A stretch of 64,000 bases of DNA from NCBI GenBank assembly GCA_028534125.1, contig CM052849.1, forward strand, positions 18,786,001-18,850,000. Direction: 5' to 3'. Below, piece after piece: positions 46,822-58,700 of the stretch. Below the pieces are notes generated by a model. That model worked only from the letters and a program-made list of their open reading frames with translations. It ran no database searches and was not told the DNA's origin. Numbering within the stretch: the first letter of the stretch is position 1; each line of letters opens with the position of its first letter. This stretch comes from Lama glama. Its lineage: Eukaryota. The position numbers and the translations under genes are program-made.

Positions 46822-47258
46822 TGTACTGGGTGAACGGTGCCCCTCCTCCCCCAGACGCGTGTCCACCTGGAACCTTCGAACGTGACCCACTTGGAACTCG
46901 GGTCTTTCTGCTGAACTTAGTCTACCCGAGGTCCTACTGGATGGAGGTGGGCTGCACATCCAGCGAGCGGTGCCCTTCTAAGAAGATGAGAAGACACACG
47001 AGAAGATGGCCCTGTGGGACTGGCAGAAATTTACCAGCGGTGGAAAGGGGTAAGGGACACCGAGGCTCGTGGGCAAGCCCAAAAGCCGGAGAGAGGCCTG
47101 GAGCAGAAGTTCTCCCCCAGAGCCCTCAGAAGGAGCCAGTCCTGCCAACACCTTGAATTTGGACCTCTGACCCCCAGAGCTGTGGAGAGAATCGACCTCT
47201 GTCTTTCTCAGTCCCTCGCTCTGTGGCACTTTGTTGCAGGGACCCTAGGAAATGAACA
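46822..47258 (+). mobile_element. MaLR solo LTR (MLT1B/C-like)
   Basis: tgtactgggtgaacggtgcccc...ggaaccttcgaacgtgacc...cagagccctcagaaggagccagtcctgccaacaccttga...gaccctaggaaatgaaca. Confidence 0.9.
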
Positions 47259-47330
47259 TGGTGCCCAAAGAAAACCAACTAGCCAACTACTAAATAAATA
47301 CCCTCCTGAGGGCGACAGACTGCACGCACC

Positions 47331-47462
47331 TTTTGTTAATTTATTTTTAATCGAAGTGCAGTTTACCATGTTGTGTTAGTTTCTGGTGTAGAGCCTTGTG
47401 GTTCAGTTACATGTGTATATATTCCTTTTCATTATTACAAGGTATTGAATATAGCCCCCTGT
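47331..47462 (-). mobile_element. Short L1 3' end
   Basis: ttttaatcgaagtgcagtttaccatgttgtgttagtttctggtgta...acaaggtattgaatatag. Confidence 0.8.
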
Positions 47463-47952
47463 TACTCATGTCTTTTGAAAAGTAGTCGCCGAAGGCTGTC
47501 CAGCTGTTGGTAAACGGTGTCAGGGGTCTGCGAGACGTTACGCGTGGATCAGTTAAGGCCAGAACCACAGGGGAAAAGCATTTCCCTGACACTGCAAACC
47601 TACATCCATGTGACAGAGGCTACGGTGGTTTTAAAGCTTTAGAAAAAAAATGGATCCAATAGGAAAACAGTAATATTAACCGTGACTAGTGTTTCCTGAG
47701 TGACTCTGATCACTGACATGGGAGCTCTCACTTAGCTCCCTCAACTCTGAGAGAGGTACCTGATTCTCATCCAGGGCAAAAAAAAGTGCGGAAGCTGCAG
47801 TAGCTTAAGACCCCTCCAGCCGGTAAGAATCAAAGGCTGGGTTTGAACTGGGATCACCTATCACCACCACACGCCAATTCTTAAGACAGTCGAACCTCCC
47901 CGAGCTTCTGTAAACCCACATCAACGTGTCTTCAACTGTCCTCGGGTGGGAT

Positions 47953-48358
47953 TGTAAGGGGGCGAAACTTGCACTGTTACAAGTTAATCACCACGGAGAT
48001 GTTGCCTATAAACTTAAATTATACATGCTGGCCCGTCTCTGGGAACCTGCCTCCCAGGGAATGAGCGTTAAGCTAAAACACCTTGGTTGAGCTCACAGGG
48101 AGCATCCTGACCAGGCCCCCCTGGGAACGACTGCAGGAAGGGGGAAATTAACACACCCCTCTGGAGGGTGACTGGAAACGGCAAGTGTTTGACTTTACTC
48201 CCTCCCCTTTTGGTATAAAAGAAGCCTGAATTCTAACTCAGGGAAGATGGTTCTTTGGAACAAGAGCCCACCATCTTCTCGGTCTGCTGGCTTTCCAAAA
48301 AAGTCACTATTCCTTGTTCCAACACCTTGTCTCCAAGTTTATTGGCAACTCAGTAACA
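47953..48358 (+). mobile_element. Complete ERV1 solo LTR with 4-bp TSD
   Basis: tgtaaggg...cagtaaca termini, TATA-like tataaaa near 48214, TSD ggat at 47949-47952 and 48359-48362. Confidence 0.88.
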
Positions 48359-49555
48359 GGATCGGCCCCACAGCTTAATGGGTGAGGGAAGTGTGTGATG
48401 TTCAGACCCTCCCCCACCTGTACAGAATCTAGCACACCACCGCTGCCCAAGGTTCAGGTAACTTCTAAAAATGACACTGGTTCACTGTCAGGGTGGCATC
48501 TGTCTCTGGGTTCATTTATATCTCCAGGTGGCTCAGGCTTGGCCAAGACAGCCTGGGAGTGACCCTGCCATTTGACCCACAGAGAAATGTTTCTCCATTT
48601 CCCATGAATACTTTTCAACTCAAACTTGGAACAAATTCCATGTCGTCTTCTACAGACACATCATCACCATGGCCAGGATTGGAAGACTGGTAGAAGCAGT
48701 GCTGATAACTACTCGGACAAGACTCGAACCACAGCTTCATGAGAACACCCCAGGCTCTGGGCTGTGCTCAGAGCAGTTTAGAACACGGGGCATGTTCAGT
48801 TTGCAAACATTCAAGCCGAAACACAGTAACCGACTTGTGCGTGCGCGGTTTGTGCGCCGAAGCCTCGCCTTCCCTGCACGGACATTTTCTCGGCGTTGTC
48901 ACGCACCTGCAGTCATCCCTGTGAGCGCTCCCAGGAAGCCCGCCGGGGTTGACTCGTGTGGAATAATGAGCGTTCTCAGACGCGTGCTTGACAAAAGCGC
49001 TCCCACGGCCACATCCTGAACGACGAACCACCTCCAGTCCTAGGCTGACTCCAACCCCAGGAACTGCTCCAGGCACTGGGACGGGGGTGGGGGGTGGGGG
49101 GGGGAGGGAGGGCTTTGACCTGAACTGAATGATCACGCATACAAATGTGACCCTGCATGGGACAAGGACAGAGGAGGACAGGGGACCAAGGACCTGGACC
49201 CAGACAGGGAGAGAGGAGAAAGTCCTTCTGAGGCAGTGGGGCTTCCTTTGAGGTCTGAGAGCGGGAGGGCAGGTAACACAGCTGAGAGGAGAGGGACAAG
49301 CATTCGGATAAAGGGAACAGCACGTCCGAGGCCCCGTGTAGGGAGGAGCTTCGCTTTTTTCTGAGACTCAGGAAAAGGATCGGACGGGATGGAACACCAC
49401 GCATAGAGGAAGCGTCCGTGTGACACCGATGTGGCTCCTTCTCAGTTTCTATACTTAATTCTGTATTCAGCTTCTTGTATTCTTCTTTTAAACAGAGCTA
49501 CCAATACTGCGTTGCTTTTAGGTCCCACCAAGCCTGGCTCCACCTGTAAAAAGAA

Positions 49556-50101
49556 CGTATTAACTTCCGATTGCTGGTAACACAGTGACACGCACACCCC
49601 CGGCTCCTGACCTCACAGCTGAGCTCCCTGCCGAGGCTCTCACAAGGCCAGTGTCGCACATAGTAGGGCGGGCTCTTACCTGTAACTCCGGGGGGGATTC
49701 TGCTTCTGGGTTCACTCAGCATCCTGGCGGGGTCCAGTTTCTTGCAGCTGCAGAGCTTTCCTTGCTGGCTGCTGCCAGGGGCCGTTCTCAGCACCTGGAG
49801 GCCACCCATGTTCCTTGGCGCATGGTCCCCTCCACCACCAAGGCCAGAAACAACTCGTCAAACCTTTCCGCGCTTCATCCTCTCTGACTTCCTCCTCCTC
49901 TCCTGCTGGAGAGAACGCTCTGCTTTTAAGGGGCGCCTGCCCTCTGATTAGGCCCACCTGATAATCCCCCAGTTTAAGGTCAACTGAGGAGCATCCTCAG
50001 CTACGGCTGCAAAAGGCCCTCTGCCTTGTGATACAGAATAATCTTGAGAGTAACACCCGGGGGTGGGCATCCCGGGTCATCTGAAAATTCTGCCGGCCAC
50101 A
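49556..50101 (-). mobile_element. MaLR solo LTR (MLT1E-like)
   Basis: ccagtttcttgcagctgcag...ttccttgctggctg...ctggaggccaccc...gattaggcccacc...ttaaggtcaactga...aaaattctgccggccaca. Confidence 0.85.
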
Positions 50102-50309
50102 GGAGGTGTGTCTGTCCCGGACCCCGCAGGGCCTCTGACCAGAAACAGTCATCAGTACGCCACCGGAGGACACTTTGTCTGGACAAGAGTTTCTGCAACT
50201 CGTCAAGCACTGACTTTAGCATCGTCTCACACAACAACCAGCTCTTTGGTGGCTTGAGGTTTGCTGAATGACTATCTGATGGTATTTTATGTAATCATTT
50301 CTATTTTGT

Positions 50310-50440
50310 TTTCTTATTTTTTTTCCTGTCTCTTCATCAGACAGTAAGCTCCCTGAAAGCAACTGGAGCAAGTCTACACTTATCACCAGTAATTCCCAGT
50401 GCCTGGCCCAGCACAGAGTCATTCATTCCTTCACTCATGC
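50310..50440 (+). mobile_element. L2 3' fragment
   Basis: tgtctcttcatcagacagtaagctccctgaaagca...tcccagtgcctggcccag. Confidence 0.6.
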
Positions 50441-50443
50441 AGG

Positions 50444-50813
50444 CGTTGACTGAAACAAAACACACAACCTAAAAGTTGAGAATCATGTTTTATTCCGTGG
50501 ACCTCCTGAGGACTTCAACCCAGAACCCAGCTTCTGGGTTGAAGCTTCAGGTGCCTCTGAGGGACTACTCCCTCAGAAGAGGTAAGGGGGGAGCCAGAGT
50601 ACACAGGAGTTTTTGCAAAACAAACAAACAGATAAATAGGTAGGCAAACATTAGGAGATTACCACTAAAGAAAAACCAGGCGTCTCAAGTTAATGAATTG
50701 GGCGCTTTTCCATGCATGGGAGGATGCAAGGGTCTGGGCTGATTGAAATCACTCCTTTGAAAGGCACCTATCTTGGGCCAGTGTCCTGTCTTCTCCATCC
50801 AGAGTCCCCTGGC
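50444..50813 (-). mobile_element. ERV1 LTR (MER41-like, same family as 40763-41240), cut by a gap
   Basis: gttgactgaaa...tgttttatt...taaagaaaaaccaggcgtctcaagttaatgaatt...gggccagtgtcctg is the reverse complement of the 40763 copy. Confidence 0.88.
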
Positions 50814-51749
50814 NNNNNNNNNNNNNNNNNNNNNNNNNNNNNNNNNNNNNNNNNNNNNNNNNNNNNNNNNNNNNNNNNNNNNNNNNNNNNNNNNNNNNNN
50901 NNNNNNNNNNNNNNNNNNNNNNNNNNNNNNNNNNNNNNNNNNNNNNNNNNNNNNNNNNNNNNNNNNNNNNNNNNNNNNNNNNNNNNNNNNNNNNNNNNNN
51001 NNNNNNNNNNNNNNNNNNNNNNNNNNNNNNNNNNNNNNNNNNNNNNNNNNNNNNNNNNNNNNNNNNNNNNNNNNNNNNNNNNNNNNNNNNNNNNNNNNNN
51101 NNNNNNNNNNNNNNNNNNNNNNNNNNNNNNNNNNNNNNNNNNNNNNNNNNNNNNNNNNNNNNNNNNNNNNNNNNNNNNNNNNNNNNNNNNNNNNNNNNNN
51201 NNNNNNNNNNNNNNNNNNNNNNNNNNNNNNNNNNNNNNNNNNNNNNNNNNNNNNNNNNNNNNNNNNNNNNNNNNNNNNNNNNNNNNNNNNNNNNNNNNNN
51301 NNNNNNNNNNNNNTTTTTTAAAAAGCCTTTCCTTTAAATGAGATAATATATGTGAAAATTCTCTATAAATATTCCTGCAAGTTTTAAGTGTCCTTATTAC
51401 TTGGTTTCTGGAGAGGAACTTTAGCTCCAGATAGATACTAAATATTACTACACTGGAATAATGTAAATCTATAGTGAAAAAAAGGTAGAGGGTTATCCTT
51501 GACACTGGAGGACACTCTGGGTTTCCAGGTGGTAAAATTACATATAGACAAATAGATCTATAACTTACATGAAATGTGAAATCTTTGCTTTATGCACCAA
51601 CCAAGAAGAACACTCATTGCTGAGCACTGATGAAACTGAGATATATAGGCAGTGTGCACTCAACATGAAATAATCTTGTTTTAGTCACTTCATCTTTCAT
51701 AATGTTTTATATTTTCAAATCTTTATGTTTAGTAACCCCAAACATAAAA

Positions 51750-52735
51750 GGTAAACCTAAAACTATTTTTTTTACCTTGACTTTGGTAAAGATTTCATAA
51801 ATAGAGCACCAAAAGTATGATTCATAAGAGAAAGAAAATGGATAAATTCTGTCATGATAAAAACTTGAGTTCTAGGAATGATGCTGTTAAGGGGAAGAAA
51901 AAGACAAGCCGCAGGCTGGGAGAAGATAGTTGTAAAAACATATCTGAAAAAGGGTTTGTACCCAGAGTATATTAGGAACTCTCAAAATTCAGTAAGAGGA
52001 AAGCAAAAAGCTTAAAAAAATGAGCAAACCATTTGGACACCAACCCAGAAGATGCACAGGCAAAAAACCTTCATCATAATTAGTCACTAAACAAATGCAA
52101 ATTAAAATCACGAGATAATACTACACACCCATTAGAATGTTGCTTTTAGTAACAATACTGAGTGCTGGTGTGTATACAAAACATGGCAGCCACTCAGGAA
52201 ACGTCTGGCATTTTCCTATCCAGTTAAACATACACACATTCTCTGACCCCCAAATCATACCTCTGATATTTACCCAAGTGAAATAAAAACTGTGATGCCA
52301 CCAAAACCTGTAGGTGAATATTTGTAGTAGCGTTCCTCAGCATCACACAAGACTAGAAACCACCTGAATGTTATTCATTTGCTAAATGGATGAACTATGC
52401 TGTGTGCAGACAATGGAATACTACTCAGCCATAAAAAAGATATGTGTGAAAACACAGATCAAAGGTTTTTTGAGATTTGAAAAAAGCTAGACTCAAACAT
52501 CCCCATATTGTGTGATTCCATTTATCGGACTTTCTGGCTAAGGGACAACTCTCAGGACAGAAGCATCAGAGGCTGCCAGGGTTAGAGGTTGAGTTCCAAG
52601 TGATACAAAGGAATTTGGAGAGAGTCCTGTATTTTGGTAGTGGTTACAAAACTATAGACATTTGTCAAAACTCAGAATCGTGCACTGAAGCAGGTGACTC
52701 TTACTAAGTATAAATCAAGCTACAAAAGAACAAAT
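51750..52735 (+). mobile_element. Old L1 (L1MC/MD/ME-type) ORF2 end + 3' UTR, degraded
   Basis: aagacaagccgcaggctgggagaagata...aaatgcaaattaaaatcacgagata...caatggaatactactcagccataaaaaaga...tgattccattta. Confidence 0.85.
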
Positions 52736-52833
52736 TCAATGCCACCACCAAAAAAAGAAATAAGGAGATGGACTTAGGCAGGGGTGAAAAAGATTAAGAG
52801 GTAAGAGGAAAGAATGAACATAGTGTATTTATT

Positions 52834-52925
52834 GAAAGAGAGGGGGTGAGGGAGAGAGGAAAGGGGGGAGGGGGAGGGAGGAGAAAGGGAGAAAAGAGAG
52901 TGGAGAGTTAACAGAGAAAGAGTGA
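52834..52925 (+). repeat. Polypurine (GA-rich) tract
   Basis: About 90 nt almost devoid of pyrimidines. Confidence 0.85.
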
Positions 52926-55452
52926 AGTCAGCAACATTTTGTGGTTCTAGATGCAACGGCACGATTTACATCACCAGCCAACATCCTATATCCTGAGGTT
53001 ATGCTCAAAGTCGTTTTCCCTAAATCCAGATTCCTGAGCTACCCTGGCAAGGTTCTGCAGCCCCGCCAGGTCCCTGCCCAAGGACACAGTTCTGATTGCT
53101 TCTATTTTCCATCCTATTAATAATATGAAAATCTAATCATCATTTCAGATACTAAAACACTCTCCCGTACATTTCACAATGTGTCTCATTGATTTTCTGG
53201 CTTTTAACTGTTCTATCAAATTGGTAATATTAATAATATACCCCCCCACACTCAGATCTTGGCTCAGGTGAGCCCCCTTTGCTCATGAAGAACCCACCGG
53301 CTCCTGATGGGTGACAGTTGGAACGGGCTGTGGGCTTTGTCCACACCTGGCTATTCACCCCGAGCTTGGCTCTCTGCCTGGCCGCAGACCTGAGGATGCC
53401 ATGTCTTTGGGTAGATTTCTGTTACCAGCTCCTTCCCAACTAATTAAAACCAGTTGCAAGCCAGTCTGATTAGTACATCGGGTTCTAACCAGTCCACAAA
53501 CACCATTTTTCCTGTGCCTTCTTTATACCCAGATGCACATCAAGTCAAAGGGTAGAAGAGATGTTCCCTTCACTGAGGTCGGTCATAACCTTACTGGGAA
53601 AACAAGATTCACTCTGAGTAAATCAATGCATATGCCTGATTATTAAATGATGTCGTACAAACTGCAAGTAATAGAGGGGGTTCAGGGAAGAGAGGTGAGC
53701 TCGGGGTCAGAGTGCGCCTTGTGCGAAGCCTGGGCTGGGACTCGAGATGAGATGTGCAGGGAGAACGGGGAAGGGAATTCCAGGAAAGAGAATCTGATCC
53801 AAATTGATTCTGTAACTCTGTTAAATTTCCCTGCTGAGGACAGTCATGGTTGAGAAGCAGAGGCTTAAGAAAACATGGACCAGCTTCTCCCTTCCCCAAA
53901 ACACATCCATAGCCACCGTCTGCGCCATCACTCCCTTCTCAGCCAAAAGGCAAAATCGACAACTGATTTGTCCAAAGAAGCAGTCGCAGAGCGACAGGAG
54001 GAAACACTGTCCCGTGCGTCTCCCTCCCTGACCACAGCCCAGAGATGCTCGCCCGTGGCACACACCCTTACTCACTGGGTGGAAAAGCAAAGGGCGGTGT
54101 TGCCTTTTGAAGTTCATGCCCAGGGCATGGGCTTCTCCCTGCCCTTACAAATGTTCAGGTGGATATAATTCCTTTAGGAAAAAAAAAAGCCTTGGCTGCT
54201 AAAACCACCCTCTGTCCGTAGCCCAGTCCTGGGCGCCTTCTTGGTCTGGGACGTCACGGTCGTTTCATTGCCAGGCACACGCACCACGACAGCTGGCTTG
54301 TTTTCCAAAATGCGTCCGCCCTGCTCAAAGCACCAGCTACCTTGCCTGCCAGTACCACTTTCTCAGAGATCACCATCCCACGGGGGTGGAACTCAAGACA
54401 ATCAAAATCCTTAGGAGGGAAAAAAAACAATGAGAAGTCACTGCATACCATTTTGACTATTAAACCGAGGAGAATGAACATCTCCCAATTACTGGGATTT
54501 TTTTTTTCCGTTTCAGGATTCCCAGCAAAACCAAGGACTTAGAATTCACATTTAAGTCCTGCCTCGTACAAAGCTGGTTTAACGTAATTATTTTGGCAGG
54601 TAGCGATGATCTGCTGTAGACGTAGTGAACACGCTACCTTTTTTCTACAATGCTGGTGGGTTGTAATTTAGTTTGTAAGTCATGCCACCAAGCTGATTAC
54701 TTACATTCAGACATCACAAGGCAAAAATTACTGGATCTTCTAAACTCATTTACTAATGCTAACCTTCATGAATATTTCATGGAGAGCCCGGAGACTGAGA
54801 CTACGTGTGTGAGAGAGAGGGAAATTTATATGTGCGGAGAGTAAATTTCGCATTCTTTGACATTTAGAAGGAGAGTCGCAGTGTTTGTGTCCATAGTCTG
54901 CTTCGAATCCAAGTGCCCTTTGAGGGAAACTCAGAAGTGACATTTACTTACTTGTGCTTCTAGGTTTCGTAGCTTATGCGGATAATGCATAATTGATGCC
55001 AGACGTCATCCGGCTCAACAAAAACTAATTTCGTTTATCCCCTTCCAGCGCAACTTCAAACGCACATACGACAAGCCGTGTGGATTCGGGGCTGGGGTGG
55101 AGACGTGTGTCAGAGCACAGTAAAGCTAGATGAAATGTTTCCCTTTGGTCTTTTTAGGCGTCTTCAAATAGAATTTCTCTTGCTTTATGAGTGTCTTGAT
55201 TTATTTTCTTTGAAATCGATCTTTACTCATTAGCAGTAAGCAGAGTTAGATGTTCACGTATCAGAGAGAAGAGACAGTGAGCCAGGGTAGCTGTCCCATG
55301 CCCTGAAATGTCTATAACACTCATAGCATTAAAGTGTAATTACTGTCCTCTTTGTATAATGACAGTCCTTGTCATGGAACCCTAGGTGTGCCTGACCAGT
55401 TTAAACACTCAAATATTTAACAGATGACTTCAGCAAAATGGCAGGACAGGCG

Positions 55453-55636
55453 TTTTTTAAAAATTGAAGTACAGTCAGTTACAATGTGTCAGTTTCTGGC
55501 GTACAGCACAACGACCCAGTCACGCACACACTTACATATATTCGCTTTCACATTCTTTATCATTAAAGGTTATTACAAGATATTGAATATAGTTCCCTGT
55601 GCTGTACAGAAGAAACTTTTGTTTTTTTTTTAATCT
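55453..55636 (-). mobile_element. Young L1 3' end with 12-bp TSD
   Basis: aattgaagtacagtcagttacaatgtgtc...gttccctgtgctgtacagaagaaa; TSD ggacaggcgttt (55444-55455) / ggataggcattt (55639-55650). Confidence 0.88.
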
Positions 55637-55669
55637 GGGGATAGGCATTTCCTACTGTCCTCCCCCCAG

Positions 55670-56302
55670 CGACACCTCCATGTTTATTACAGCTTTATTC
55701 ACAGCAGCCAAGAGGTGGGCACAACCCAAGCGTTCACTGACTGATGAATGGATGAAGAAGATGTGGCATGTCCATACAATGGAATATTATTCACCCTTAA
55801 AAAGTGATAACATGCGCAATACCATGGATGAACTTCGAGGGCTTTGTACCAAATGAAATCAGCCAGATAGAAAAGACAAATACTATATGATCTCACTTTC
55901 ATGGAGAATCTAAACCAAAAAAAAGGTCAAACTCATAGAAGCAGAGAGTAGAATAGGGGTTACCAGGAGCCGGGGGTGGGGGAAATGGAGAGATGTTTGT
56001 CCAAGTGTCGAAACCTCCCGTTAGAAGACGGATACAATCTAAAGTTGTAAGGGACAGGATGGTGACTACAGTTAATTACACTGTGTGTACCTGACACTTG
56101 CTAAGAGAACAGATCTTAAGTGCTTGCACCACACAAATACACACACATACACACACACACAACGTACCTAAGCCTGTGATGGATATGTTAAGTAACCTGA
56201 GTGGTGATTGGTTCACAAAGTACACATAAGTCAAATCACTTTACACTTTAAGAAGGTACAATTTTATTTGTCAATCGTATCTCAGTGAAGCTGAAAAAAA
56301 AA
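55670..56302 (+). mobile_element. Old L1 3' end (L1MA8/9-like)
   Basis: catgtttattacagctttattcaca...gatgaatggatgaagaagatgtgg...aaactcatagaagcagagagtagaat...cttgctaagagaacagatcttaagtg...gaagctgaaaaaaaa. Confidence 0.9.
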
Positions 56303-57402
56303 CGTTTAGGAAGGGCAGTGAGTTGGGAAGACTTTCACCAACAACCTGAGACGTGTCAGGAAATCCCTGCGGGGCACTTCCAGGAGGTCAAGTCTGCGGA
56401 AACCCACCGGCTTCGGCAGCTGAATTTACGACACTGGGACAGACCCCCAGGTGTTGTGTTTCAGGCGTTTGTTTTTTTTTTTTTTTCAGGGGGAAGAAAT
56501 GGAATTGGCTTTTTGAGGGCTGTGGCATGTCATTGACTCCCTANNNNNNNNNNNNNNNNNNNNNNNNNNNNNNNNNNNNNNNNNNNNNNNNNNNNNNNNN
56601 NNNNNNNNNNNNNNNNNNNNNNNNNNNNNNNNNNNNNNNNNNNCTTCTTGCCAGCCGTTCATTTGTATAAAAGGATGTTGTAAAGAGATTTCTGTATTCT
56701 TTTTCTTTAAATTGCACGGCAAGCATTTTGTACACTGGGAAAATATCTTTGAAGTGTTGATTTGAGGAATCTGTTTTCAATGTCAGTAACTATGATAAAA
56801 TTATGAGTTTGAAAAAAAGCTGCCAAGAAATGAATATAAGACGTGTCCATCGTTTCATGACACGTGTCCAGTATCTTGTGACCACCCAAGCATCCTCCTC
56901 CCTGTACACACTTATTCCACAAGGCGATGTTTCTGGAATAGTGACTCACGTGACAGAGGAACAGAGGACTCACAGCCTAACCCAGGCGCCTCTAGCAAAA
57001 AGCCTGCTGCCACGTGTGACCCAAAGCGAAATGTCTTCTGGCTTCCAAGGGGGCCCTGCTACCTCCTCGGATGCTCAAAATCCTCTCTCCCTGCACTTCC
57101 CAGGCTGCAAAAACCCAGAAGCCTGGCTTAGGCTGCAGAGGTGAGGTTGGGAGTTTTACTCTCAAAATAGCAAAGTGGTTTTTTTTTTTTCAAGTTTCAA
57201 TGATCAAGCTGATTTTCAGAGCCATGGGCCTCTAACAGAAAACAAAATGGGTCTTTGATAATAACTCCATCACATCTAGTTTGAAAGAGACACAGACACA
57301 GCGTCTTCCCTGCCCACAGCCCTCTCAGCCTGGCATCCAGGTTCGCTGTTCTGCCATTTACAGTAATAAGCACATGACTGTTTCTAATGGAAGAGGAGCC
57401 GA

Positions 57403-57730
57403 TTCACACCATTGTGTGAGTTTCTGGTGGACAGCACAGTGATTCAGTTATACATATATATTTTTTTCTTTTCATATTCTTTTTCATTATAGGCCATTAC
57501 AAGGTGTTGAATATAGTTTCCTGTGCTTACAGTAGGACCTTGTTGTTTATCTAATTTATATATAAAAGTGTGTATCTGCAAATCCCAAACTCCCAATTTA
57601 TCCCTCTGCACCCCTTCTCCCCACTGGTAACCATAAGTTTGTTTTCTATGTCTGTTAGTCTATCTTTGTTTTGTAAAAAAGTTTATTTGTGTCCTTTTTT
57701 TTATTGATTCTACATATAAGTGATATCATA
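57403..57730 (-). mobile_element. L1 3' end, cut by a gap
   Basis: gtttctggtggacagcacagtgattcagttatac...ggtaaccataagtttgttttctatgtctg...gattctacatataagtgatatcata. Confidence 0.9.
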
Positions 57731-58355
57731 NNNNNNNNNNNNNNNNNNNNNNNNNNNNNNNNNNNNNNNNNNNNNNNNNNNNNNNNNNNNNNNNNNNNNN
57801 NNNNNNNNNNNNNNNNNNNNNNNNNNNNNNNNNNNNNNNNNNNNNNNNNNNNNNNNNNNNNNNNNNNNNNNNNNNNNNNNNNNNNNNNNNNNNNNNNNNN
57901 NNNNNNNNNNNNNNAAGACATGATTATTAAACCCTGAGAATCACTGGGCAAAATTTTACCCTCTTTGGAAGCCTCCAGGCTCCACCTGGTGATTCCCCTC
58001 TGCCCCCTGCCACACAGATCTCTGTCTTCCGCTTGGCTGGGAAGGGAGGGAGCGGGCTGTCTCTGAGTGGACCCTGTGGCCCTAGGATGGAGGGTGGAGA
58101 GTGCCCAGGAGTGGCAGCCGAGACCACCGAGCACCGGAGTTTCCTTAGCTCTGGTGGGGAGTTGAATGCCTGCGCCAGAGAACCCTGCAAGAATGAGGAG
58201 AGACTGCCCTGCCAAGAGACCAGACTTCCAGCGGGTCACTGCCTAGGAGCTGAGACAGAATGGATCGCGTTTAGAAAGAGAAGTAAGTGTGGCACAGGAC
58301 AGTGGGGGTGCCCATCAGAACCCGCGTTTAGTTATGTATTGCATTATTAGGGGAG

Positions 58356-58700
58356 TGTGATAGGCAGAATGCCCATGTAACTTCCCCACAAAATGTCCAT
58401 TTCCTGACCCCTAGAACCTACAAATAGGTATGTTATGAGGGGTTAAAAAAAAAAAAAAGACTTTACAGATGTAATTCAGTACCCAGACCTTGAGATGGGG
58501 AGAGGATACTCAATTAGCCGGATGCAGATTATCCAATCCCATAAGCCCTTTAAATCAGACGACTTCGTCCAGAAGGAGAAGAGACCAGCAGAAGCCAGAG
58601 ACTGGAAGCCGGAGAGGGAGCTGAGGGCAGCCCCACGAGGAGGCGGAGCGCCGGCTGGACTTCTGACCCAGAGAACCAAGACGGCCCAGGTGTGCTGTGT
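58356..58700 (+). mobile_element. MaLR LTR 5' part (MLT1D-like)
   Basis: tgtgataggcagaat...ccctagaacct...gactttacagatgtaatt...gaccttgagatggggagaggat...taagccctttaaatcaga. Confidence 0.8.

Noticed and set aside
49984-50000. Short hairpin ctgagga-gca-tcctcag (similar 6-7-bp stems near 15505 and 26805)
   Set aside because: Stems this short are expected by chance in 64 kb.
40763-50813. Two MER41-like LTRs ~10 kb apart as a possible provirus
   Set aside because: Opposite orientations, the first has its own TSD, and no gag/pol/env remnants lie between them.
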